DNA of 64,000 nucleotides, from contig CALCQI010000027.1 in NCBI GenBank assembly GCA_937897635.1, positions 50,316 to 114,315 on the forward strand, in the 5' to 3' direction. The stretch's first letter is position 1. Each line of letters starts with the position of its first letter. Shown piece after piece: positions 38,940 through 49,561 of the stretch. The translations under genes were made by a program, and so were the position numbers. The stretch is from an uncultured Peptococcaceae bacterium (GTDB lineage Bacteria; Bacillota; Dehalobacteriia; UBA4068; UBA4997). The notes under the pieces were generated by a model. It saw only the letters and a program-made list of their open reading frames with translations, was not told where the DNA came from and did not search any database.

Positions 38940-39506
38940 CTAATTTTTAATCACAGAAACAGCAAGCGGCGGGCAATTTGGACGGTTTACAAATTCACTC
39001 ACTATCACTGTATATTTTTTACTGTCCAGCCTTTTTAAATAGGTAAGCACCGCATCCTTTTCTGCAAAACCGCTGTCTTTACCGTAATAAATACAAATAC
39101 TTATTATCCCATGCTTACAAAGCAGGCTAAGCCCTTTATCGATTGCTTGAATACTGGTTTCAGGCTCTGTAGAGATTTTATGGTTTCCGCCCGGCAGCCA
39201 GCCCAAATTAAAAGTAATACAGGAAACGCTGTTTATTTTTGCATAGTTATCCATATTTATATGGCTATCTAAAACCAATTTGCCAATTGAAGCCAATCCA
39301 TTTTGATGCAAAAGCTCTTCTGTGCTTTCCAATGCTTCTTTTTGAATATCAAAAGCAATAACTTTGCCTGTATCCCCAACTAAACGACAAAGCAACAAGG
39401 TATCATTGCCTCTGCCTGCTGTAGCATCAATACACAAATCCCCCTGTTTTACATGCCTTGAGATAAATTCATGCGCTATTTGCACCGCTCCCAAAGAATT
39501 TTTCAT
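38940..39506 (-). CDS. Class I SAM-dependent methyltransferase, YtqB-like putative rRNA/tRNA methylase
   Basis: 188 aa; LCIDATAGRGNDTLLL (motif I), FDIQKEAL, NLGWLPGG. Confidence 0.75.
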   Translation of the reverse strand: MKNSLGAVQIAHEFISRHVKQGDLCIDATAGRGNDTLLLCRLVGDTGKVIAFDIQKEALESTEELLHQNGLASIGKLVLDSHINMDNYAKINSVSCITFNLGWLPGGNHKISTEPETSIQAIDKGLSLLCKHGIISICIYYGKDSGFAEKDAVLTYLKRLDSKKYTVIVSEFVNRPNCPPLAVSVIKN

Positions 39507-39752
39507 ATCACCTGTTTTTCTCCTTTAAAAAAATTTGCAATAAATCAGTATTTAAGAATAAAATCATATACTTACATTTTTATTAAGTTTCGAAATAATG
39601 GCTTCTTTGTCCAATACTTATATGTTCTGCCTGTTGTAATTGCTTCATAAGCGTTCACAATGGCTTTTGATAAGTTGAAATCATGGTTTGAAATATTTTT
39701 ATTATAATAGCCTATCGATAATCTTAATTAGATAAACTTAAACTTATTGATT

Positions 39753-40625
39753 TTATGTTTCATAACATAATTCAAAAAATGCTTTCATAGATTCCGTAAG
39801 ATACTTGTTCTTATGATATATAATACTGAATTTACGTTTTAAATCAAAACCATCCACTTTTATGATAGAAATTTCCTCATTTTCAACTTCCTTTTCAACC
39901 AACTTATATGATATAACTGCAATACCTATCCCATTTATTGCCGCACTTTTCAAACCTTCAGAACCATTGGATTCCCATACAAAATGCCATTTTATATCAT
40001 TAAGTGCCATAATATTTTCAAATAATTCCCTGGTACCGCTGCCTTGTTCACGAATAATAAAACCATAATTGCTCAACTCCAATGGAGCAACATTTTTAAC
40101 TTTATACAAAGGATGATTCCTGCCGCAGACAAGTACCAGTTCATCATCCATAAAAGCGTTTGAGATAATATCAGGCGTGTGAACCATACCTTCTACTACT
40201 GCAAAATCAATTTCATTTTTTATAATAAGGGCTTCTATTTCTTGTGTGTTTTTGGTAACTATTTTAACATTCATGTAAGGAAATTTATTAATAAATTCAT
40301 TCACCAGTTTTGGCAAAAGATAGGTACCAACGGTAATGCTTGCACCAATTTTTATAATACCGCTTTTATCTGTATTTTTCACGGCCTGTTCCATTTCATC
40401 AAACAAGGCAATGATATGCCGTGCATATATTAAAAACCTTTTACCGGTTTCTGTTATATACAAACGTCTTGAAAGACGATCAAAAAGTTTTATACCATAA
40501 TACTCTTCAATTTCGGATATTGCCTGGCTTACAGTTGGTTGGGCAATAAATAAAGCTTCTGCAGCAGCAGTCATGCTGCCCAGATCTGCTACTTTTATAA
40601 ATATCCTTAAATGCCTAAGTGTCAT
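39753..40625 (-). CDS. LysR-family transcriptional regulator
   Basis: 290 aa; N-terminal HTH MTLRHLRIFIKVADLGSMTAAAEALFIAQPTVSQAI, LysR substrate-binding domain; divergent from yeiH-like gene. Confidence 0.85.
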   Translation of the reverse strand: MTLRHLRIFIKVADLGSMTAAAEALFIAQPTVSQAISEIEEYYGIKLFDRLSRRLYITETGKRFLIYARHIIALFDEMEQAVKNTDKSGIIKIGASITVGTYLLPKLVNEFINKFPYMNVKIVTKNTQEIEALIIKNEIDFAVVEGMVHTPDIISNAFMDDELVLVCGRNHPLYKVKNVAPLELSNYGFIIREQGSGTRELFENIMALNDIKWHFVWESNGSEGLKSAAINGIGIAVISYKLVEKEVENEEISIIKVDGFDLKRKFSIIYHKNKYLTESMKAFFELCYET

Positions 40626-40741
40626 AAAATCCTCCCCATATATAGGTATTTACCTATATTATATATAATATTATAGTATTTTACAAAGAAATATTAAAAT
40701 AATATAATATAAACAAATATATTTTGAAAGGACAATCCTTC

Positions 40742-41803
40742 ATGAATAAACTGAATAAGATAATACCAGGTATACTGCTTTGTTTTGCAATAGCAAGCCC
40801 CGCATGGTTTTTAGGAAAGGCTTTACCACTAATAGGAAGCCCTGTTTTTGCCATTCTTCTGGGAATGTTTATCACAATGGTTTATCCAAAAGTTCTATCG
40901 GAAAAAATATCAATCACCACAAAAAACTCCGTTTCCGTATATCTTGATTTTGATAATGGAGTAAAATATACATCAAAAAATCTCTTGCAATATTCAATTG
41001 TTTTACTGGGTTTTGAAATGAATCTTTTTAATATAATTAAAGTTGGCGGTCAGTCTTTACTTATTATACTATTTACTCTTACTTCCGCATTTTTAACTGC
41101 TTTTTTTATAGGCAAAGCCTTAAAAATAAATGGGAAAACAGCTACATTGATAGGCGTAGGGACATCTATATGCGGCGGATCGGCAATTGCAGCCACTGCG
41201 CCTGTTATAGGTGCCAAAAGCGAAGATGTTGCTCAGGCAATATCAACCATTTTTCTGTTTAATATCATTGCTGTTTTTATTTTTCCTTCATTAGGACATA
41301 TGCTTAACATGAGTGATATTGGTTTTGGTATGTGGGCAGGAACAGCCATAAACGATACTTCATCTGTTGTTGCCAGCGGAACGGCTTGGAGTAATGCAGC
41401 AGGTAACAATACTGCCCTTACCTTTGCTACAATAGTTAAACTTACCCGCACCCTAATGATTGTACCTATAACCCTTGTACTTGCAATATATACAGCCAAA
41501 AAAACTAAAGCTGCCGCAAATAGCGGCAACTTTAGTTTCTATAAAGTTTTCCCTTGGTTTGTTATTGGCTTTGTTGCCGCAGCTGTGATCAATACTTTTG
41601 CAGGAATTCCGGCAACATCCTCTCATGGGCTTGCTACAATCGGCAAGTTTTTGATTGTTATGGCAATGGCAGGAATAGGGCTTAATACACACCTTAAAAA
41701 ACTTCTCACCAATGGCCTTAAACCAATATTTTTGGGACTTTGCTGCTGGTTTGCAGTAGCCAGTATATCACTTTTAGTGCAGATATTCACTAAGATATGG
41801 TAA
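40742..41803 (+). CDS. YeiH/UPF0324-family membrane protein (putative sulfate exporter family)
   Basis: ~353 aa from MNKLNKIIPG; 10-11 TM; classical yeiH-LysR(yeiE-like) divergent pair. Confidence 0.75.
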   Translation: MNKLNKIIPGILLCFAIASPAWFLGKALPLIGSPVFAILLGMFITMVYPKVLSEKISITTKNSVSVYLDFDNGVKYTSKNLLQYSIVLLGFEMNLFNIIKVGGQSLLIILFTLTSAFLTAFFIGKALKINGKTATLIGVGTSICGGSAIAATAPVIGAKSEDVAQAISTIFLFNIIAVFIFPSLGHMLNMSDIGFGMWAGTAINDTSSVVASGTAWSNAAGNNTALTFATIVKLTRTLMIVPITLVLAIYTAKKTKAAANSGNFSFYKVFPWFVIGFVAAAVINTFAGIPATSSHGLATIGKFLIVMAMAGIGLNTHLKKLLTNGLKPIFLGLCCWFAVASISLLVQIFTKIW

Positions 41804-41933
41804 AAGTTATGTTATAACAATGACTTAATATATAATTGACTTTATGTTAACTAAAGCTAAAAACTGAATATGACATCTATGCATCATCCAGCATAGCCTA
41901 ATAAAATGTTCTGAAACAATACTTTAGTAATAA

Positions 41934-42734
41934 TCATTTCAACCGGTCTAAAGCTTTTAAAATCCCATAGATGATTGCCTGTGGTCTAGGTGGGCAGCCC
42001 GGCACATAAACATCAACGGGCACAATATTATCGATACCGTTACCCGTAGCATAGGTATCCTTAAAAATCCCTCCGCTGCAAGCACAGGCACCTACAGCAA
42101 CCACGAGCTTTGGATCAGGAGCGGCATTATAGGTTTTTACTAACGCAAGCTGCATATTTCTTGTAGCGGTACCTGTAACAAGGAGCATATCGGCATGCCT
42201 TGGCGAAGCCACAAAGTTTATGCCCAGCCTTTCAATATCATTTACAGGATTATTCAAACCGTTTATTTCATAATCACAGCCATTACAGGAGCCTGCATCC
42301 ACTTCCCTAATTTGTAAGCTTCTGCCAAACAGCTTTTTAATATTTGTTTTTAATTCATTACAAATAACTTCATAGTCTTTGTTAGGAATATCTTTTTCTT
42401 CTATTAACGATGGCTTAATTCTAAGCTTGCTTTTATCCTTTTCAGCAAGCTCAAATTCATGTGTCATTTTTGCTGCCCCCAAGGAACATACTTCTTCACA
42501 TAAGGTACAGAATATGCACTCATCATAATTTATACCTATATTACTTAAGGTTTTATCCAGTACAATTGCCTGGGAAGGGCAGCGTGAAACACATTCCCCA
42601 CACCTATTGCATTTACTTAAATCTATTTCAGGCCTGCCAATAAACAGTCTTGAATCCAGCGGCTTATTAGGGTACTTACTGGTAAGCCTTGGATATTGGA
42701 TCATCTTTTTAACAATGTTTAACATATTCACCAT
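41934..42734 (-). CDS. Fused 2x[4Fe-4S] ferredoxin (HyfH/NuoI-like) + hydrogenase-type small subunit (HyfI/NuoB-like)
   Basis: 266 aa; CNRCGECVSRCP and CIFCTLCEEVC, then GSCNGCDYE...GACACSGG...GCPP (NuoB/EchC proximal-cluster cysteines). Confidence 0.8.
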   Translation of the reverse strand: MVNMLNIVKKMIQYPRLTSKYPNKPLDSRLFIGRPEIDLSKCNRCGECVSRCPSQAIVLDKTLSNIGINYDECIFCTLCEEVCSLGAAKMTHEFELAEKDKSKLRIKPSLIEEKDIPNKDYEVICNELKTNIKKLFGRSLQIREVDAGSCNGCDYEINGLNNPVNDIERLGINFVASPRHADMLLVTGTATRNMQLALVKTYNAAPDPKLVVAVGACACSGGIFKDTYATGNGIDNIVPVDVYVPGCPPRPQAIIYGILKALDRLK

Positions 42735-42767
42735 CCCAATTTATCCTAAAATCAAAACAACTCCACT

Positions 42768-44378
42768 TTATAAATCGTTTCCCGCATATGATAAATTAAA
42801 ACTCTTATTAATAAGTGGGAAATCAGGCACGATATTTCCTTTTACGGCATGACACAAGGCAGGCCAGTTGCAAAAGGAAGGAGTCCTTACTTTATATCTA
42901 AAAATCGTATTGTTTTCCCCCGTCATTATCCAATGGATATTTTCACCTCTCGGAGCTTCCGTTAAGCCAAAGGCAAAACGATAAGGCTCAACAGAACCTA
43001 CAGGCTCCAACACTTTCCCTCCGGGCATATTTTCAATAGCCCGTATCATAAGGCTGATCGATTCAAAACACTCTTCTATTTTTGTATTCATTCTACAATT
43101 TATATCGCCGTTATTATGTTTTGGTATGTTAAATTTCAGCTTATCATAAGCTTCATAAGGAAAGCTTTTTCTAACATCGAAGCATAATCCCGAAGCACGG
43201 CCGCCCGGACCAACTGCATTCAAATCTGTGGCGATTTTGGTTTTAAGTATGCCGGTGTTTTCAACCCTATCAATAAACATGGTATTGGCTTTGATAATTT
43301 TAAGCGTATCATAAAGCTCTTTTTTTATTTTTTCCAAACCTGCTATAACTTTTACTTCTTTACCTGCAACAAAATCCTGCCTTACTCCACCAATTTTATT
43401 AACACTTCTTAAAAAACGCATACCGCAAAGCTCATCGGCAACCGCATACGCCCAGCCTCTCATCATCCTAAACTGGAATGTGCCAAAACCATAGGCAGAA
43501 TCAAGGCATAACCCGCCTAAATCTCCAAGATGGCTGGTAAGCCTTTCAAGCTCTGCAAAAACTACCCTAGTATATTGGGCTCTAGAAGGTATTTTTACCT
43601 TGGCTATCTTTTCAATGGCCTCACAATAGGCAAGTGAATTGGCAAAGGTTTCATCCCCTGATATACGTTCCGAAACATACAAGCACTTTTCAATGCTCTG
43701 CCCTTCGCACATTTTTTCTATACCCTTATGAACATAATAAAGCTGTGCTTCCAAATTTATAACAGGTTCACCCGCAACACTGAACCGAAAATGACCGGGT
43801 TCTATGATACCTGCGTGTACAGGACCTACAGGAATTTCATAAACTCCCTCACCTGTTACCTTTTGGAAAGGGGTTACCTCTTTGGCAAAATCGGGCTTGT
43901 GCTTTACATCAAATTCCTTGCGTAAAGGAAATTCCGCCTTAGGCCAGTTACTGTGGAAAACAAGCCTTTTGGGGTTAGGATGCCCCTTTGGAAAAATCCC
44001 AAATAAATCATTGATTTCTCTTTCATATAAATCAGCAGCAGGTATATTAGGGGTAATTGAAAAAATTTCCATTTGATTTGGATCAATCAAGGTTTTAATA
44101 ATTAGAAGCAAGGCTTGCTTCCTGTCCGCAAATACATAATATACAGCATATTTGCTGCAAATACTCTTTTCATCATTAGCAAACATTGAAACAAGAGGGT
44201 AACCCTGCGTGGTATTGATATAAGTGCAAATCTCCAATATTTTAGCAGGGTTTACCTTCATATATAGTTCATTCGTATTTTCGGTACTGCTACTATAGAT
44301 ATTTTCAGCAAAAGCTTCTGTAAGTTTATTTTTCAACTCGGTTAAAATCACCATTTTGCTCTCCATTCTATGCTCCAA
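42768..44378 (-). CDS. HyfG/HycE-like 'large subunit' (NuoC-NuoD fusion) LACKING the [NiFe]-binding cysteines
   Basis: 536 aa; NuoD-like core PVGPVHAGIIEPGHFRFSV...; where [NiFe] hydrogenases have RxCGxCxxxH the sequence is ERISGDETFAN, and the C-terminus ends KSFNLSYAGNDL instead of DPCxSCxxR. Confidence 0.8.
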   Translation of the reverse strand: MEHRMESKMVILTELKNKLTEAFAENIYSSSTENTNELYMKVNPAKILEICTYINTTQGYPLVSMFANDEKSICSKYAVYYVFADRKQALLLIIKTLIDPNQMEIFSITPNIPAADLYEREINDLFGIFPKGHPNPKRLVFHSNWPKAEFPLRKEFDVKHKPDFAKEVTPFQKVTGEGVYEIPVGPVHAGIIEPGHFRFSVAGEPVINLEAQLYYVHKGIEKMCEGQSIEKCLYVSERISGDETFANSLAYCEAIEKIAKVKIPSRAQYTRVVFAELERLTSHLGDLGGLCLDSAYGFGTFQFRMMRGWAYAVADELCGMRFLRSVNKIGGVRQDFVAGKEVKVIAGLEKIKKELYDTLKIIKANTMFIDRVENTGILKTKIATDLNAVGPGGRASGLCFDVRKSFPYEAYDKLKFNIPKHNNGDINCRMNTKIEECFESISLMIRAIENMPGGKVLEPVGSVEPYRFAFGLTEAPRGENIHWIMTGENNTIFRYKVRTPSFCNWPALCHAVKGNIVPDFPLINKSFNLSYAGNDL

Positions 44379-45840
44379 TGATAATATTTTGCGCTTGAGT
44401 GATAAGGTTTTTTAGCTCATCCGGAATAAACAAGCCACTTATGCTTATTACCAAGAACAGCACTACAATTACAATGGTTCCGGCCTTATTAGTTTCACCC
44501 GGCTGCAATTCCTCTTCTTGATTATTGCCATAGAACATTTTAAATAAAGTAACCGCAATACCCGCAAATATAATTGCCAAAAGCAGAGCTAAAGCCCCCC
44601 CCACCACAAACTTTTTAGCGGTGAATAAAGATACCATTATGCTAAGTTCACTGGCAAAAACACTGAAAGGCGGTGTACCTGCTATAGCAAATAAACCAAG
44701 TAAAAACACTGTTCCTGAAATCGGCAGCAGTTTAAGTATAGCTTTGATTTCGGAAATCTGTTTTGTATTATATTTTTGCAATATATTACCTGAAGCTAAG
44801 AATAACATAGCCTTAGTAAGTGAATGGTTAATCATATGAAGCAAAGCTCCAAAAACAGACAGGGGTGTAAAAACACCCATAGCAACAGCAATAATACCCA
44901 TATGTTCTATGCTTGAATAAGCCAATAACCTTTTATAGTCCTTTTGCGTAAGTATGAAGATAGCCGCGGTAAGTATAGATAAAATCCCCAAAGCTATCAA
45001 CAGCCTGCCTGTATAAATACTGCTGCCAAGATTGCGGTTTACAACAGCTACCGTACGAATTATCCCATACATTGCGCTATTCAGCAAAACCCCCGAAAGC
45101 AATGCACTGATTGGCGAAGGTGCTTGGCTATGAGCATCAGGCAGCCATGTATGCATGGGAGCGAGACCCGCCTTAGTACCAAAACCTATTAAAATAAAGA
45201 TAAATGCCAGCTTAACTATAGGGCTTTTTAAAGATTCCGCATTATTATACAATGCTATCCAATCTAAAAATTGGTTATTCTCCAATACCCCTATGGATGA
45301 AAGATGCAAAAATATAATACCCAGCAAGGCAATCGCGATACCTACCGAACAAATGAGCACATATTTCCAAGCTGCCTCAAGCGAATATTTATCATTGTAA
45401 AAGCCAACCAAAAATGCTGAGGCTAAAGTGGTTGCTTCAATGGCTATCCACATAATACCCATATTTTTTACAGTTAAAGCAAGTATCATTGTAAACATGA
45501 AAGCATACATCAAAATATAATAAAGCCTTAACCTTCCTCTATCTATTTTTCCATGCTTTATTTCCGTTTCCATATATGAAACAGAATAGATACTTGCCAT
45601 AAAACCAATAAGAATAACTATATCAAGAACTATAATGCTTAAGGCATCAATATAAAATATACCCCCCAAAGCAGTATGATGTGCACTGCCTAAAACCATA
45701 ACATCTGTAGTAAGATAAACCGCAATTATGATCAAAAGGCTTGAAGTCAATAAGCTTATAGTATGTTGGATTATACTGTTTTTAAAAAGCATGAACAGTA
45801 AAACAGCAATAACGGGTAAGGCAATCAAGAAAAATCCCAT
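44368..45840 (-). CDS. HyfF/NuoN/MrpD-like antiporter-type membrane subunit
   Basis: 490 aa, 14 TM, NADH-quinone oxidoreductase chain L/M/N proton-pumping domain motifs (WLPDAHSQAPSPISALL). Confidence 0.8.
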   Translation of the reverse strand: MGFFLIALPVIAVLLFMLFKNSIIQHTISLLTSSLLIIIAVYLTTDVMVLGSAHHTALGGIFYIDALSIIVLDIVILIGFMASIYSVSYMETEIKHGKIDRGRLRLYYILMYAFMFTMILALTVKNMGIMWIAIEATTLASAFLVGFYNDKYSLEAAWKYVLICSVGIAIALLGIIFLHLSSIGVLENNQFLDWIALYNNAESLKSPIVKLAFIFILIGFGTKAGLAPMHTWLPDAHSQAPSPISALLSGVLLNSAMYGIIRTVAVVNRNLGSSIYTGRLLIALGILSILTAAIFILTQKDYKRLLAYSSIEHMGIIAVAMGVFTPLSVFGALLHMINHSLTKAMLFLASGNILQKYNTKQISEIKAILKLLPISGTVFLLGLFAIAGTPPFSVFASELSIMVSLFTAKKFVVGGALALLLAIIFAGIAVTLFKMFYGNNQEEELQPGETNKAGTIVIVVLFLVISISGLFIPDELKNLITQAQNIIIGA

Positions 45841-45849
45841 CGTTTTATC

Positions 45850-46524
45850 TTATCCTTTCAGGTTGCTTAGTTTATCAATATTAATAGATTCAAACTTCTC
45901 GTTTATTTTAAACACCATAATACCCAATACCATAACGGCTGTGATCATATCAACAAAAATACCTATATCTACAATAAAAGGCATACCTTGGGTAGAAAAC
46001 ATTGCTGTAACAAAAAGCCCGTTTTCAATAACCAAAAAGCCTATTATCTGGCCAATAGCCTTTCTTCTGCTTATCATAAAAAACAGCCCTATCAAAATAA
46101 CCGAAACCGAATTAACAACCTGAACATTGATCATACCATCATTGATACCTTCAATAGTTGCAAGAGAAAAATAAGTAAAAACAACCAAAGTACAGCATAC
46201 CAGAATAAGAATGGGAATATTTAGAATAAAATCTTTTTCAACCTTATATTCCGCTTTAGCATAAGCTTTACTTAAAATATTAGGTATCCAAATAACTTTT
46301 AGGATTATAATGAGCAAACAAACCACCAAAACATCAAAACGCCCCTCTTCAGTTATAGTTTTTATGCCCATAATACCCGCGGCAAGAGCTATCAAAAACG
46401 ATTGGAACCTAAAGGTTTTAATATAGGATTTGCTCATTTTATTTGCCATCAAAATAAATGACGATAGTAAGATCAAAATTGATAATGAATCAAAAAAACT
46501 AGACATAGCGGCCTCCCAAAACAA
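45850..46524 (-). CDS. HyfE-like small membrane subunit
   Basis: 224 aa, 7 TM, position and size match E. coli HyfE. Confidence 0.65.
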   Translation of the reverse strand: MFWEAAMSSFFDSLSILILLSSFILMANKMSKSYIKTFRFQSFLIALAAGIMGIKTITEEGRFDVLVVCLLIIILKVIWIPNILSKAYAKAEYKVEKDFILNIPILILVCCTLVVFTYFSLATIEGINDGMINVQVVNSVSVILIGLFFMISRRKAIGQIIGFLVIENGLFVTAMFSTQGMPFIVDIGIFVDMITAVMVLGIMVFKINEKFESINIDKLSNLKG

Positions 46525-47455
46525 AGTACTGTAAAAATCCTAAAAAAGATAATATAAATGACAATGCTGCCAAATTGGGTATACTGAACAGCTTGAACTT
46601 TACTGTATTAATCTCTGCTATAGCAATGATTATGGCAATACCTATCACTTTGACCAAATAAATAATGACTGAAAGAATAACCGCGCCAATACCTGTTATA
46701 GCTATAAGCTGATCATGCGGCAGTAAAAGGTTTACCAATAAGGTTATAAAGACAAGCTGTTTTATAGCCGCACCATATTCCATTAGAGCAAGGTGTCTTC
46801 CCGAATACTCTAAAATCATTGCTTCATGCACCATAGTCAATTCAAGATGCGTATTTGGATCATCCACAGGTATCCTGGAGGTTTCAGCAATAATTATAGT
46901 CATCAAAGCCATAAAGATCATTATATAAACAGGATGCAGCAAAGGTACACCTATATTTTGCATTGTATTCATCATCTCAAGCAAGGACGTAGATTGGGAA
47001 ATAAGACCTACCGTAAACAATGAAACCAAAATAGAAGGCTCAATCAATGAGGAAATCATGCCCTCTCTGCTGCTACCCATCCCACCAAAAGTACTTGCAG
47101 TATCCAAAGCGGCTATCATCGTAAAAAACCTGCCCAACGCCAGTATAGAAACAAGCATGATGATATCTCCGGGAATTTGCTCAGGCACAATCATGGTAGA
47201 TACAGGCACAAGCAACGCCGCTGCAACAGCGGTTGTAAAAACAATATATGGCGTTACCTTAAACACCCAAGAAGATACATCTGAAACCACAGAGCTTTTT
47301 TTGAAGAGTTTGTATAAATTAAAATACATCTGAAAAATAGGCGCACCCTTCCTTTTCTGCGAAAAAGCCTTGGTTTTATTAGTGATGCCGTTTAGTAAAG
47401 GCGCTGTCAGCAGAATGACCAATAACTGTATTACTATATAAAGTAAATTTTTCAT
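46499..47455 (-). CDS. HyfC/HycD/NuoH-like membrane subunit
   Basis: 318 aa, 8 TM, respiratory-chain NADH dehydrogenase subunit 1 family. Confidence 0.8.
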   Translation of the reverse strand: MKNLLYIVIQLLVILLTAPLLNGITNKTKAFSQKRKGAPIFQMYFNLYKLFKKSSVVSDVSSWVFKVTPYIVFTTAVAAALLVPVSTMIVPEQIPGDIIMLVSILALGRFFTMIAALDTASTFGGMGSSREGMISSLIEPSILVSLFTVGLISQSTSLLEMMNTMQNIGVPLLHPVYIMIFMALMTIIIAETSRIPVDDPNTHLELTMVHEAMILEYSGRHLALMEYGAAIKQLVFITLLVNLLLPHDQLIAITGIGAVILSVIIYLVKVIGIAIIIAIAEINTVKFKLFSIPNLAALSFILSFLGFLQYFVLGGRYV

Positions 47456-47476
47456 ATCTGTTTCTCCTCAAACTTT

Positions 47477-49561
47477 TTAGGCAAATATATTGTAAACCAT
47501 CAATACTAAAACAGTAACAAAAATATAGATCAAGTAATTATGGATACTGCCTGTTTGCACCCTGAACGTAGTTCTTCTGGAAAAGCTTTTAATCATTTTA
47601 CACACAGGATGATATATATACTTTTCAAAAACAGGTTCATCTGCTGTAACATACTTTATTGATTCAGGATGATATGGTAAATCTCCCGTAATCAAGGTTT
47701 TTCTGGAAGGTCTGAACAGTATCCTGAAAACGATTTTAAGGGGTTTAGAAAAACCAATAGAGCTATATTGCATTCTTGAATTAAGCGCTTCAAAACCACA
47801 ATCCCATGTACCATATTTTCTTTCTATGTATTTGCCGCCATTGATTCTAATGATTAAAAGGGTAAACAAAATTAACCCTGCCATAACAATAAAAAATACA
47901 ACAGGGGATATACTGCTGCCTGATATATTCAAAGAATAATAAGCTATGCCAAGGCCGCCATGCATATATTCCAAAACAGAGCTCCCCACAACACCAAAAA
48001 CAACTTTGTCAATCAACTTCAAAATAAGTAAAGGGAAAAGCCCTGCGGCCAGGCATAATGCTGCCATTATCCCCATTCCTATATTCATTGTAACAGGAAC
48101 CTCTTTGGCATCTAAAGAACACTCACTGCGTGGCAAACCCAAAAAAGAAATGCCGAAGAATTTAACAAAACAAGCTGCAGCCATTGCCCCTGCTAAGCCA
48201 AGGGCAGCCACTGCCAAAATAGATAATATATTGAGCCCTGCTTGCCCTAACACAATATTTGCAAAAAGAGATTGGTAAGTAAGCCATTCGCTGACAAAGC
48301 CATTGAAAGGAATAATTGAAGATATAGCAAGTGAAAAACATAATATTAAAAAAGCTGTGATAGGCATAGTTTTGATCAAGCCGCCAAGCTTTTCAATATC
48401 CTTTGTATGCGTAGCATATTGAATGGATCCTGCGCCAAGAAAAAGCCCACCTTTGAATAAGGCATGGTTAACGGTATGAAAAAGAGCGGCTACAAGTGCC
48501 AATGCCCCTAAAAACTGATTGTTTTGGGCAAAAGCTATAAAACATACACCTAAGCCAATCAAAATGATACCAATGTTTTCAATACTGGAATAAGCCAAAA
48601 GCCGCTTGATATTATGCTCCATTAAAGCATAAGCCACCCCAAGAACAGCAGAAACAATACCAATGCCTAAAATAAGTGTACCCCACCAAGTGCTCTGAAC
48701 ACCTAAATAGCAAAGCACAAAACGCAGCAATCCATAAATAGCTGTTTTTATCATAATACCGGACATCAAGGCAGATACATTGCTGGGCGCAGCGGGATGT
48801 GCGTAAGGTAGCCAAATATGAAGCGGTATAGCTCCCGCCTTTGTTGCAAAACCAATCAAAAACATAATGAAGATGATATTCTTTGCAAATTCCGGTATAG
48901 CAGCAGAGCTGCCAAATATATCAAATGATCCGGTATAGCAGTAAATCATCATAAAACCTATAAGTAAAAAAGCCGCACCTATATGTGTCATAATAATATA
49001 AATCATACCGGCCCGCTGATTTTCTTCATGTTCCAATTCAAAAATAACTAAAAAGTAGGAAAGCACAGACATTGCTTCCCACGAAATATAGAAGAAAACA
49101 GCATTAGCAGATGTTAATACCAAAATCATAGATAAAATAAAAGCGGAATACAGAAAATTAAAAAGTCCTACATTTCTTTTCCCATAATAATGGGAAATAT
49201 AACCTATAGAATATACGGAAACACACAATGCCAAAACGGCTAAAACAATTAAAAAAATTGCGGAAAGGTTGTCTATTTTCATATCTATTGTGATAAAGGG
49301 TATCGGTGATTGAAATAGGCTTAAGCTTAAAGCAATGTTTTGAAAAAGGATTTGCCCAATTGAAGCTCCCGCTAAAAGAACGGATGCCACAATATATATT
49401 GAATTAGAAACAATATTACACATTTTAGGCCACTTCATTAAAGAAAGGGCTGCCGCCGCACCAAGCAAATAAAGTAACAGCGCAGCCTTAAATAAATTGC
49501 CCGCTAGAAACGCCTCCATTAAAAAAAATACCTCCTGAAAATTTAGTTTATACCACACCAA
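47477..49561 (-). CDS. HyfB/NuoL/MrpA-like antiporter-type membrane subunit
   Basis: 694 aa, ~16 TM, WLPYAHPAAPSNVSALMSG motif, HyfB-like C-terminal extension; start may be internal (MEAFLAGNL...). Confidence 0.8.
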   Translation of the reverse strand: MVWYKLNFQEVFFLMEAFLAGNLFKAALLLYLLGAAAALSLMKWPKMCNIVSNSIYIVASVLLAGASIGQILFQNIALSLSLFQSPIPFITIDMKIDNLSAIFLIVLAVLALCVSVYSIGYISHYYGKRNVGLFNFLYSAFILSMILVLTSANAVFFYISWEAMSVLSYFLVIFELEHEENQRAGMIYIIMTHIGAAFLLIGFMMIYCYTGSFDIFGSSAAIPEFAKNIIFIMFLIGFATKAGAIPLHIWLPYAHPAAPSNVSALMSGIMIKTAIYGLLRFVLCYLGVQSTWWGTLILGIGIVSAVLGVAYALMEHNIKRLLAYSSIENIGIILIGLGVCFIAFAQNNQFLGALALVAALFHTVNHALFKGGLFLGAGSIQYATHTKDIEKLGGLIKTMPITAFLILCFSLAISSIIPFNGFVSEWLTYQSLFANIVLGQAGLNILSILAVAALGLAGAMAAACFVKFFGISFLGLPRSECSLDAKEVPVTMNIGMGIMAALCLAAGLFPLLILKLIDKVVFGVVGSSVLEYMHGGLGIAYYSLNISGSSISPVVFFIVMAGLILFTLLIIRINGGKYIERKYGTWDCGFEALNSRMQYSSIGFSKPLKIVFRILFRPSRKTLITGDLPYHPESIKYVTADEPVFEKYIYHPVCKMIKSFSRRTTFRVQTGSIHNYLIYIFVTVLVLMVYNIFA

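Noticed and set aside
42768-44378. Calling the hyf-like large subunit a functional [NiFe] hydrogenase (hyfG/hycE)
   Set aside because: Both Ni-Fe-binding CxxC motifs are absent in the translation, and no maturation genes are nearby; annotated instead as hydrogenase-related.
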